Of a stretch of 32,356 bases of DNA, positions 19,536-28,174 are shown one piece after another. The translations under genes were made by a program, and so were the position numbers. The notes below the pieces were generated by a model. The model did not search any database. It had not been told where the DNA came from and saw nothing but the letters and a program-made list of their open reading frames with translations. Source of the DNA: a virus (lineage: Duplodnaviria; Caudoviricetes); IMG/VR virus record IMGVR_UViG_3300046002_001486, positions 1 through 32,356 of that record. One strand, given 5' to 3'. Position 1 is the stretch's first letter; the number at the start of each line of letters is the position of its first letter.

Positions 19536-20447
19536 TTACTCAGTAAAAAGCGTATTATATGTGGAATTTACTACTTTTTTGACTTTGGGAATGATGATAT
19601 CTGGATGTGGGATATAATTCAATACAGCGATTTCTGTACCACGACTATTTTTCTTATAATTTTCTTGTTTATGACCACGAGTACTAGACCAACGAAATAC
19701 ATCTTGACTATGCCAATGATATTGATCTTTGGGATACCATTGTTCTAATTCTGGAAAATCATAATAACTTAAACACCATTTACCTTGGGCATTTTTAAGT
19801 GTATCAGCCAATTCTAAATGTTTTGTATCTGGGAATTCTGCCGTATATAAATATTCTTTCTTAAAATATGGTGGATCAACATAAAAGAATGTAGTTGGAC
19901 TATCATATTTTTTAATCAAATCAATACAATCCATGTTTTCTACTTGTGTAACACCAGTTAATCTATCAGTATAAGTTTTGTTTTTTAACTTATCTTTGAT
20001 AGTATCATATTTGCTACCGTACTTTCCATTACTGGCAGTATCACAGAAATAACTATTAGTATTCAGTCCAAGTGTGGTACCACTAAAGATTTGAGTTTGA
20101 AGATAAAGATATTTTGCAGCTAATACAACATCACCAAGAATTACAATTGATGAATTTCCAAAAACATCTTGTTGAAATTGTTTATATAATATTGGATCGC
20201 TTTTGGGATAACTTTCTAATTGTTGTAATAGTTGTATATGTTTGGATCTAAAACATTCATGAATATTGGCAATAAAGATATTGAAATCGTTATATACTCT
20301 AGTTGAACATTGTAATATTCTTTTACTTCGAATACCAACCCATCCTGCTCCACCAAATACTTCTACGAATGTAGTTATTCCAGAAACTGGAAATAATGGA
20401 TCTAACCATTTAACATGATTAGCTTTACCGCCGATATATGGGAACAA
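19536..20447 (-). CDS. Dam/D12-family N6-adenine DNA methyltransferase (M2)
   Basis: PYIGGK, VEVFGGAG (motif I), YNDFN and FYVDPPY (motif IV); TTG start with AGGAG RBS. Confidence 0.92.
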   Translation of the reverse strand: MFPYIGGKANHVKWLDPLFPVSGITTFVEVFGGAGWVGIRSKRILQCSTRVYNDFNIFIANIHECFRSKHIQLLQQLESYPKSDPILYKQFQQDVFGNSSIVILGDVVLAAKYLYLQTQIFSGTTLGLNTNSYFCDTASNGKYGSKYDTIKDKLKNKTYTDRLTGVTQVENMDCIDLIKKYDSPTTFFYVDPPYFKKEYLYTAEFPDTKHLELADTLKNAQGKWCLSYYDFPELEQWYPKDQYHWHSQDVFRWSSTRGHKQENYKKNSRGTEIAVLNYIPHPDIIIPKVKKVVNSTYNTLFTE

Positions 20448-20479
20448 AGATATCTCCTAAGTATACTTAATTAAATCAT

Positions 20480-20508
20480 AGTATACTATATATTGTACAT
20501 TATGTCAA
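20480..20508 (-). promoter_or_regulatory. sigma70-type promoter for MTase M2
   Basis: TTGACA-17-TATACT. Confidence 0.8.
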
Positions 20509-20522
20509 TATTATTTGGATAG

Positions 20523-21878
20523 TTATTTGATGCCTTGTTCTCTTTTGGCGGCTCTAACAATATCACCAACATCCCACATATGTGGGAATGTTCCACCTTC
20601 TTTGAAACTAATACTAATTTTAGCAAGTATATTACCTTCTTCACTTTCAATAATCAATGTACAGTGCACTACATCTGGATCATCTGGAATTTCATATCTG
20701 ATATTGAAACCGGATTTTAACTGTTGATACAATTCTCCAAACTCTTTGCTTGTTCTACTACTAACTGGAATCATTCTTTGACGTTCAGTTCCAACCAAGA
20801 GATATACATCATCAGCCCCATCTAATCCCAAACGTTGTAGAATTCTTTCGTTAATGGCCGGCTTATCACGACCATAAAAATCATTAAACATTTTACCGAA
20901 TAATAGATCACGCATTTTTTGATATCCACGATTAGCGGTAACAAATGCGTTTGCAGCTTTTCTATAATCTGGATCGTTTTTTTTCTTAAGATCATTTTTG
21001 ATAACAAGCCACTGATCAGTAATAGCCAGAACTTCTTCAATATCTTGAGTATATTCTGGATGTTCTTCTAAAAATGATTTGATCGCTTTCTTACCAGTTC
21101 CAGGATCATTTTTACCTGTTAGTACAGTAACTAGATAACTAGCAAAAGTACTATTATAAACATTGACCCCGCCTGAATTTTTATATAATTTCAGACTGGC
21201 CTTGATCATTTCCTGAGTTTCTTCAGTACCTTTCTTTTTAATTTTAATCAAAATATCTTCTTTACCAGCACCCATCGATGAGATTCCAGTTAAGACAATA
21301 TCAACGTCAATCAATTTAAGATCATGAGAGGATATAATTTCATCCCATAATTTCTTAGCCATAATTTCTGAACCATCTTCGGCTCGTTGAAGTTCAGACT
21401 GAATTACTGATGAGGGTTTCTTGAATTTTTCTGCATTATCTAAGATAAGATTTTTATAGTTTTCAGCATGTCTTTTCAACCCACCTTCAATTGACGGTTT
21501 GATATTTACACCATTGTGTTCAAAAGCATAAGCAAGTTTCCATGCTACGCTGAATTCATTGAAGTAACCGATCATTGCGGTCAAGTCAAATTTATCTCTA
21601 GTTACATTAGATTTTGATGTTTTAGATTTTGGTTGTTTTGGTGGTTTTGTTTTTGGATCAGCGGGAAGTGGATTTGATTGATCCACTGGTGTCGTTGGTT
21701 CTGTTGATTCTGTTGATTCTCTCAATGAGTTAAGTCCCATTGCAGTTGCCAAATTAATTTCCACTTGTTGACCAAATCCTATACGTTTGATAATTTGTCC
21801 AGTCCAGTCAAATATTTTCTGAGCACTGGTTCTTGTCCAATTGATGATACCTTCGTGTAAGAGTTCGTTGATTTTCAT
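20523..21878 (-). CDS. Putative PD-(D/E)XK-fold endonuclease with capsid-targeting-like leader
   Basis: Start moved to MKINELLHE. GYFNE...LTG...KEDILI...ASLK...N motif order resembles MspI/HinP1I/HaeIII-type restriction enzymes; lies between two MTases. The ORF is secure; the function is inferred. Confidence 0.55.
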   Translation of the reverse strand: MKINELLHEGIINWTRTSAQKIFDWTGQIIKRIGFGQQVEINLATAMGLNSLRESTESTEPTTPVDQSNPLPADPKTKPPKQPKSKTSKSNVTRDKFDLTAMIGYFNEFSVAWKLAYAFEHNGVNIKPSIEGGLKRHAENYKNLILDNAEKFKKPSSVIQSELQRAEDGSEIMAKKLWDEIISSHDLKLIDVDIVLTGISSMGAGKEDILIKIKKKGTEETQEMIKASLKLYKNSGGVNVYNSTFASYLVTVLTGKNDPGTGKKAIKSFLEEHPEYTQDIEEVLAITDQWLVIKNDLKKKNDPDYRKAANAFVTANRGYQKMRDLLFGKMFNDFYGRDKPAINERILQRLGLDGADDVYLLVGTERQRMIPVSSRTSKEFGELYQQLKSGFNIRYEIPDDPDVVHCTLIIESEEGNILAKISISFKEGGTFPHMWDVGDIVRAAKREQGIK

Positions 21879-21885
21879 AATATAG

Positions 21886-21893
21886 TATTTATT
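21886..21893 (-). promoter_or_regulatory. Late-type box AATAAATA containing the M1 stop codon
   Basis: 7 nt upstream of the ATG at 21878. Confidence 0.6.
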
Positions 21894-22812
21894 CAAATTC
21901 AAACAAATTTGTATCAGCTAGATTTACCTTTAATTTAGTTATTATATCACATTGTGAAGTTGGTGTATAGTTTAATATCAATACTTCTACTCGTTCGGTT
22001 CTGATACCTTTAGCCTGTTTACCATCTTTTCTCACAGCACCATCAACTTTAGTTAATCCATTATTACTATATGTAACTTGTTCATGCCAGTGAAATTTGT
22101 CTCTTGGCATGATATCTTCAAGTTCTTTAAAATAGTAATAACTCAGAGCAAATTTACCCTTCATAGTACTCATTTGAGTCAATAATTCAATATGATCATT
22201 ACGCCCAAAACTATTCTTGGTATAGTAATCTTCTAAATTAAAATATGGTGGATCAACATAAAAGAAGGAATCTGAACTATCATATTTTCTAATAACATCA
22301 CGACAATCCATGTTTTCAGTTTGTAATACTGATAATTTGTCCAGATACTTTTGTTGTTCAAACTTCTCAGCGTAGGTAAAGAATTTAGACTTATACTTTG
22401 GATTGTGATATATTTTACTACGTTCGTGAATACCCATACCACCGCTAAAAATCTGAGTTTGAAGTAACATATATTTGGCCGCCAGATCATAGTCTGGAAT
22501 AGCAAATTGAGTGTTATATACTGAAAATACATCGTCACGATATTGTGTGAATGTTTTAGCATCACCCACATCTTTATAATAACTTTGTAATACTTGATGA
22601 TAATGTTTTGGATCTGTTGCCGAACAATGAAATACATTAACCAAATGTCTATTAAAATCATTGTATACGTTTGTTTGTACAGGTGTTTTGGCACTTTGCC
22701 AATACATCCACATGGCTCCTCCGAATACTTCTACATATGTAGAAAAATCAGTTGGAAATAATGGATCAATCCATTTACTATGTTGTTTTTTGCCTCCGAT
22801 ATATGGAAACAT
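21889..22812 (-). CDS. Dam/D12-family N6-adenine DNA methyltransferase (M1)
   Basis: PYIGGK, VEVFGGA, YNDFN and FYVDPPY; AAGGA RBS; starts 9 nt after the uvsY stop. Confidence 0.92.
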   Translation of the reverse strand: MFPYIGGKKQHSKWIDPLFPTDFSTYVEVFGGAMWMYWQSAKTPVQTNVYNDFNRHLVNVFHCSATDPKHYHQVLQSYYKDVGDAKTFTQYRDDVFSVYNTQFAIPDYDLAAKYMLLQTQIFSGGMGIHERSKIYHNPKYKSKFFTYAEKFEQQKYLDKLSVLQTENMDCRDVIRKYDSSDSFFYVDPPYFNLEDYYTKNSFGRNDHIELLTQMSTMKGKFALSYYYFKELEDIMPRDKFHWHEQVTYSNNGLTKVDGAVRKDGKQAKGIRTERVEVLILNYTPTSQCDIITKLKVNLADTNLFEFE

Positions 22813-22821
22813 TGTTTATCC

Positions 22822-23283
22822 TTAAATTGAAAAATCTTCCATGCCGGCTGTTTTTAATTTAACCAGATGACCCATCATAAAGTTTTTACTTTCTAATGCT
22901 TTCATAATACCAAGCCATTTGTTACGCAAGAGCGCGACTTCATTACATAATGTTTCCATGTCAATTACATCAGATTCTCCATCTACATAACGTTCGGCAT
23001 CTCTACTGGTCAATGCTCGATTATAGGTCTCAAGAAATTTTTTGAATGTTTGACTACGTAATTTTCTCAGTTGAATGTTTAAATAATTAAGAACAGCTTC
23101 AATTTCTTGAAGTTGATTGAATCTTTGTTCTGTAATTCCTGGTAAATAGGCAATACTTTTTTCTATACTACCTTTGATATGAGTTTCATATTTTGCCTGA
23201 TTTAATTCATTTTCATAATGAGAAATAAAATCAGGCAAATGTGATATACTCTGAGTAATTTTAGTATACCAGTTCATGCTCAC
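22822..23283 (-). CDS. uvsY: UvsY-like recombination mediator
   Basis: Helical 153-aa protein with Y.RAL...DAERYVDGE pattern, in the gp32-uvsX operon. Confidence 0.8.
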   Translation of the reverse strand: MSMNWYTKITQSISHLPDFISHYENELNQAKYETHIKGSIEKSIAYLPGITEQRFNQLQEIEAVLNYLNIQLRKLRSQTFKKFLETYNRALTSRDAERYVDGESDVIDMETLCNEVALLRNKWLGIMKALESKNFMMGHLVKLKTAGMEDFSI

Positions 23284-23564
23284 CAGTTTTCGTCTTCTTC
23301 ATCGTCTTCATCGTCAAAGTATAATTCATCTTCTTGATCTTCAAGATTATCTTCATCACTATCAGACCAATCTTCAGAATCCATATAATATTTTAATGCA
23401 TCAATGATATCACCTTCACCACGAAATGCCTTACGAATTTCATCTGGACCAATATCATGATCAATCAACATGGAAATTACATTATCTGCAACAACTGAAC
23501 GATCACTACTAATGATGCTTTCTTTAACTGCCAACCACATTTCGGCCACTAATGTTAAACTCAT
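23280..23564 (-). CDS. Small protein with very acidic C-terminal tail
   Basis: 94-aa ORF with ATGA overlaps on both sides. Confidence 0.75.
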   Translation of the reverse strand: MSLTLVAEMWLAVKESIISSDRSVVADNVISMLIDHDIGPDEIRKAFRGEGDIIDALKYYMDSEDWSDSDEDNLEDQEDELYFDDEDDEEDENW

Positions 23565-24622
23565 TCTTCAATTTCCTCCGCAATGACTGTATTTAGAGCT
23601 TGATCTTGTTTCCCAAATTCATTCATTACTAAATCCATGATTCCATTTTCATTCTTTGACCATTCTTTACGAAAATATTTGTGAATTTCACCATTAAGAT
23701 CAGTATAGGTATAACGATTACCTTCTTTCTTAATCATACCACGTTTTTCAATCAAATCAAAGAAACCACTATATGGATTCATACCCGTTTCATAAGGAAT
23801 CTGAATTTGAATATCTTCAAATGGTTTGGCATAACGTGTTTTCATAATTTTACATCCGGCTCGAATACCAAGAACATCAGTAACTTTATTACCAGCCTCA
23901 TCTTCTTTTAGTTTGAGTTTTTTCATTGCCACTACAATTGAACTGGCATATACAAAACCACTACCACCACTGATCTTTGGATCTGGACTATATGGATCTT
24001 GTGATTCATAACTATGATTAGTACAAATCATACCAACATTCAAACTACCAAACATATTAACACAGTTGGTAACCAATGATTTAAGAGCTTTAGGTTTGTG
24101 ACCCATATCACCCTTCATTTCACCACCTTCAAATTGATTAACTTGAACAGGCGTCATTAACATACCCAGTGAGTCAACTACAAATAATACTTTTGGACGA
24201 TCTTCTGGTGCCAATGATTTATAATCTTTCATGAATACAGAAATTGTTTTGGCCACATCATCAACCATAGCCATGTTTAATTTCAATAGTTTTTCTTCAC
24301 TAGTATCAACACCTAATGCCAATAACCAACTTTCGTCAAGTGCATTTTCACTATCAATTAGTACAACATAGATTCCTTGAGCTTGAGCATTTTTAATAAC
24401 ATTTCCACTACAGATATATGATTTACCGGCTCCACTTTCACCAGCAAATACGGTAACTTTTCCAAGAGGAATACCCTTGTTAAAGTCACCACTAATCAAA
24501 TAGTTTAATGCAAAATTACCAGTACTGATCCAATCTGTTGGATCATGAAATCCAATACTCATGCCTTCAATAGACTTGGTAATATCTTTTCTAAACTTTG
24601 ATAGATCAAAGGGTTTTTTCAT
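23561..24622 (-). CDS. uvsX: UvsX/RecA-like recombinase
   Basis: WISTG, Walker A GESGAGKS, IDSENA, Walker B VVDSLG and SGGSG. Confidence 0.95.
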   Translation of the reverse strand: MKKPFDLSKFRKDITKSIEGMSIGFHDPTDWISTGNFALNYLISGDFNKGIPLGKVTVFAGESGAGKSYICSGNVIKNAQAQGIYVVLIDSENALDESWLLALGVDTSEEKLLKLNMAMVDDVAKTISVFMKDYKSLAPEDRPKVLFVVDSLGMLMTPVQVNQFEGGEMKGDMGHKPKALKSLVTNCVNMFGSLNVGMICTNHSYESQDPYSPDPKISGGSGFVYASSIVVAMKKLKLKEDEAGNKVTDVLGIRAGCKIMKTRYAKPFEDIQIQIPYETGMNPYSGFFDLIEKRGMIKKEGNRYTYTDLNGEIHKYFRKEWSKNENGIMDLVMNEFGKQDQALNTVIAEEIEE

Positions 24623-24864
24623 TATGTTCCTTTATATAATTGCTTACCAGTAGTATACGGTGAAAAGTTTTCTGTGTCAAGTAGTTCCGGACAAGAATTA
24701 GCCATTCTTTCAAGATCATAATCGGTTGGATAATGTCTTAGTACACCGCGGGCGCGTTCTCTAACGATACCTGGAACTCTAGGAGTTTTGCCAGGATCGC
24801 ATAATTCTTCTAATAATTTTTTACCGTGTTTTAATGCGCGAAAACGCTCATCGGGTAAAGTCAT
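24622..24864 (-). CDS. Small protein resembling the BPSL0761 family
   Basis: MTLPDER.RA...L.EL...RVP..VR.RA..VLRHYP pattern; GGAG RBS. Confidence 0.7.
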   Translation of the reverse strand: MTLPDERFRALKHGKKLLEELCDPGKTPRVPGIVRERARGVLRHYPTDYDLERMANSCPELLDTENFSPYTTGKQLYKGT

Positions 24865-24884
24865 GATTGTTCTCCAGATAAGTA

Positions 24885-24906
24885 GTACCCAGATTTCTCT
24901 GGGTAC
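24885..24906 (-). terminator. GAAA-tetraloop hairpin after gp32 (weak terminator or mRNA stabiliser)
   Basis: 9-bp stem GTACCCAGA/TCTGGGTAC with a poor U-tract. Confidence 0.6.
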
Positions 24907-24919
24907 GTGACCTAATTAA

Positions 24920-25933
24920 TTAGGCAGGCTTGTTCTGGCGACTGCGAATTAATGCTAAAATATCATTTGCATTAGATTTCGCCGCAGTTGCGACAGGAAC
25001 TTTAACCTCTTCGGTTGTTGCGACTGGCTCATCGTCCCATGGAGGAGTTGAACCAGCGGTTGCCACTGGAGTTACGTTAGCAAATGATTCATCGCTAACT
25101 GAGTCACTTGATTCAGTTGATTGATTTGCTGGAGTTGTAACTTCCAAACCCCATGGTTTGTAATATGCAGCCCACTTATCAGCATCATATGGACGACCAT
25201 CTACTGATGCTTCAAACATATCCTTGATAATACGAAGTTCGCTTTCGCTTGGCTTCTTTGGTAAGAAATCTTTGAGATTATACAAACCAAATGCATCAAT
25301 AGATGCGACTTCTGATTCTGTCAATGATGTTTCTTTACGTGCAAATGTTGAAGTTGAATAATCGGCATAGTCACCTTTAGTACCCTTGATGATATTGAAA
25401 TTCAAACCACGCTGATAATCAGTTGGTAATTCTTCAATCTCTGGGTTCATCATTGCCGCTTTAATAACAGCAAATAATTGTGGTGTAACAACAAAACGAC
25501 GAATTGGATTCTCAGGTGTTACATCATCTGTCAATGGATTTGTTTTAACAAAACCTTGAAAGAGATATGTACGCTTTTTCCAATATTTATTGGCAATATC
25601 TTTAAGTGAATCATCTTTATACCATGTACGAACTTCTGCCAAGATTGGACAGTTTTCACCATACATTTCCATACATGGAACTTTAACTGTATATTGTTTA
25701 TTATCCGAGGTTCCTTTTACACCTTGAAATGTAAGATTGATAACTGACTTTTCAACCCAAAAGAATGAATTGGTCGGATCGGCATCTGGCAACAGACGAA
25801 CTTGTGCAGTTTCTCCGCTTTTAATGTTCCAGAATGGATATAAGGCTTGATCGCCTGATGATTTTGTTGATGTTGTAGATTGACTACGATTGTCTTGTGC
25901 CTGCAATTTGGCACGAATGTCTGCTAAACTCAT
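24920..25933 (-). CDS. gp32: Single-stranded DNA-binding protein (T4 gp32-like)
   Basis: VRLLP, C...CPI, YWKKR.Y, G.NF.I.K...YADYS.S.F motifs; flexible acidic C-terminal region; upstream of uvsX. Confidence 0.9.
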   Translation of the reverse strand: MSLADIRAKLQAQDNRSQSTTSTKSSGDQALYPFWNIKSGETAQVRLLPDADPTNSFFWVEKSVINLTFQGVKGTSDNKQYTVKVPCMEMYGENCPILAEVRTWYKDDSLKDIANKYWKKRTYLFQGFVKTNPLTDDVTPENPIRRFVVTPQLFAVIKAAMMNPEIEELPTDYQRGLNFNIIKGTKGDYADYSTSTFARKETSLTESEVASIDAFGLYNLKDFLPKKPSESELRIIKDMFEASVDGRPYDADKWAAYYKPWGLEVTTPANQSTESSDSVSDESFANVTPVATAGSTPPWDDEPVATTEEVKVPVATAAKSNANDILALIRSRQNKPA

Positions 25934-26016
25934 TGTATTTTCCTTTATGTTTAAGTGTAGTTTTAACTAAGTTTTAAGTGTTGTAGTCAGAGGAATTCTG
26001 ACGGCGACTTATATAT

Positions 26017-26056
26017 ATTATAAACGACTAATATCTATTTGTCAAGAGTATTTATC
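26017..26056 (-). promoter_or_regulatory. Tandem consensus sigma70 promoter and late box for the gp32-uvsX-uvsY-M1 operon
   Basis: TTGACA-17-TATAAT (26045-26017) and GATAAATA (26056-26049). Confidence 0.85.
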
Positions 26057-26079
26057 ATTAATCGGAAGAATTGATAAAT

Positions 26080-28173
26080 TTATTTTCTATGATCCAAAAA
26101 TCGCTGCATTGAAGCCATTTCTTTATGATATCGTATGATGTCATCTTCGGTTGGTTGTGGCTGAAGACTGGTTGGGGTTCCTGGAATGGCGCTTGGTGAT
26201 CCCATACCAGCACCACCAAATTGTGGATTATCAGCCTCATCCAAACCTTGTTCTACTGGAAATCCCATACGTTGTGCGGCCAATTGCATATAATGTTCCA
26301 CTTCACCATCATCCAACGCACTAGGCATTGCTGATCTCCAAAGTTTGAACTTTTGTTCATAAGTAGCATTTGGATTTTTTAATATTTCTCTCATTGGAGT
26401 GGCACGAGGGCCTTCCTTATTTGAATACTTATCACCAGTTTCTTGACGACTAATGATATTCAATTTATCAAAGTTGAATATAATATTCCCTTCTCTCTTA
26501 GTTGGTTGACCATTATACTTGAGTAGATATTGAAATTCGGTTTTCTGATCCGCCCCAACTACTACAACTGCATTCTTATAACCATCTTTATTAAGCTCAT
26601 GTAATACGTCTATCAAATTTTTGGAACTTTGAAATGATGATGAATATTGGGGAAATACAGTACGATAGATATCTAATTTTTCATCTGGCATTAATGGATC
26701 ATCTTTACCAATAGTTTCACTAACGATAAAATATGGATCGGCATTTATTTTTTTAGCCATAGTGAATACAGCATTTGCCAAATACATATGACCTTTATGA
26801 CCCATACCACGACCCCATCCAACTACACATGTATCACTATCACCAATTTTCTGAATGTTTTCTTTTAATGCCGCTTTTGCACTTTTAGCAAGTTTAGGAT
26901 CAGTTTTTACTTCAGTTCCTTTTGCAAGACCAACTCTACCCTGCGCTCTGTTGGCGGCAGTAAATCCACCACGCTTAACAAATTTTAGTGGTTGACTACC
27001 ACCCGCTGGATCACTTACGAATCCTTCACCGCTGGAAGCTCCACCAGGAAGTTCTGCTCTAATATGAACATCTCTAAGTGTTGGTTCTTCCATTTGATCA
27101 ATGATAACATCCTTGACATTCATTATACCTCGAACTAGTTTGAATGTAGCACTAAGACCAGCACCACCATTTTTAATCATATCAATCGCTATCTGTCTAC
27201 GACCCTTGGTAAATATAGGATCTGTTTCTGCCCATTGAGCCATGTTACCTCCAAGATTTTCTAATCCACCTGGATGATCTACTTGACTATTGACATATTT
27301 ATAGATTGATGCTCTCCATTGTTTTGTTGCTGTAGCTGAATCTGCAAAAGTTGAAATCCATTCTGGACTTGGTGTAACAAAACTCTCAATCGCACTAGCA
27401 TTACTAGTTAAAAAACTGTATAATTTATTGATTGCACTTGTCGGAATTTGAGCCTGAACCATTGAGTACTTTGGAGGTAATATAATAACATCTTTACTAC
27501 CAACACCTTGAATAATCTGTGTTAAATTTTCAGTTCTTCTTTGCCCACCTAAACCTGGCAATTGATCAAAATAAGCGGTAATAGCTGATGCTGAAGTACT
27601 TTGAGCAATACGTTGTCCTAATGGACTATTTTTATCTACATGATAAGTAACTGTATTTGGCTTAAAGTAATATTCACCCTTGTTATTAAGTTCAGGTCGT
27701 GTTTTATATAATAAACCACCCTCTAAGAATCCACGAAAATCTTTTGGAGTGGCTGCATCATATATGCCATGTAACTGAGCCATACTGTTTACGAATATCA
27801 TTCTATCTTGACTGACTTCACCTTTACTACGTCCAAGATAACTACGTTTAACTTCTTCCGGACTAGCATTAAATTCTTTATGAAACTTATCACCTAAATG
27901 AAAACGACCTTGTTCATCACGACCAAAAATGATAGCTGGACTTCCGTCCCACTTAATCTCCATATGACTACTATCTTTGATAATACTTGCTAGTCTGTCT
28001 ATGGCTCTCTTTGCGCCGGTTGGTCCATAAATGTATACTAAATCTTCTATATGTTGAAACTCACGACCAACATCCTCTACTTTATCTTCCATCAAAGTAG
28101 AATCAATCAACTCAGACACATCTTGTCCGATAATTTTAGTTAATTGTTGTTCAAATAGTTTCAAATAATTCAT
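26080..28173 (-). CDS. Fusion of a ligase-like (KxDG, DUF6267-like) domain and a HIGH-motif cytidyltransferase-like domain; probable virion protein
   Basis: Start moved to MNYLKLFE. KWDGSPA, EGFV and LKFVKR in the N-terminal part; GRGMGHKGH, VVVGADQ and ATPMR in the C-terminal part. Confidence 0.75.
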   Translation of the reverse strand: MNYLKLFEQQLTKIIGQDVSELIDSTLMEDKVEDVGREFQHIEDLVYIYGPTGAKRAIDRLASIIKDSSHMEIKWDGSPAIIFGRDEQGRFHLGDKFHKEFNASPEEVKRSYLGRSKGEVSQDRMIFVNSMAQLHGIYDAATPKDFRGFLEGGLLYKTRPELNNKGEYYFKPNTVTYHVDKNSPLGQRIAQSTSASAITAYFDQLPGLGGQRRTENLTQIIQGVGSKDVIILPPKYSMVQAQIPTSAINKLYSFLTSNASAIESFVTPSPEWISTFADSATATKQWRASIYKYVNSQVDHPGGLENLGGNMAQWAETDPIFTKGRRQIAIDMIKNGGAGLSATFKLVRGIMNVKDVIIDQMEEPTLRDVHIRAELPGGASSGEGFVSDPAGGSQPLKFVKRGGFTAANRAQGRVGLAKGTEVKTDPKLAKSAKAALKENIQKIGDSDTCVVGWGRGMGHKGHMYLANAVFTMAKKINADPYFIVSETIGKDDPLMPDEKLDIYRTVFPQYSSSFQSSKNLIDVLHELNKDGYKNAVVVVGADQKTEFQYLLKYNGQPTKREGNIIFNFDKLNIISRQETGDKYSNKEGPRATPMREILKNPNATYEQKFKLWRSAMPSALDDGEVEHYMQLAAQRMGFPVEQGLDEADNPQFGGAGMGSPSAIPGTPTSLQPQPTEDDIIRYHKEMASMQRFLDHRK

Positions 28174-28174
28174 G

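Noticed and set aside
20523-21878. Middle ORF as a homing endonuclease that split or duplicated a dam gene
   Set aside because: No HNH, GIY-YIG or LAGLIDADG motif, and both flanking MTases are complete. A mobile origin is not fully excluded.
19536-22812. Calling the cassette a DpnII-type GATC system
   Set aside because: DpnII pairs a Dam-like with a beta-class MTase; here both are Dam-like paralogs lacking the GATC-recognition hairpin signature.
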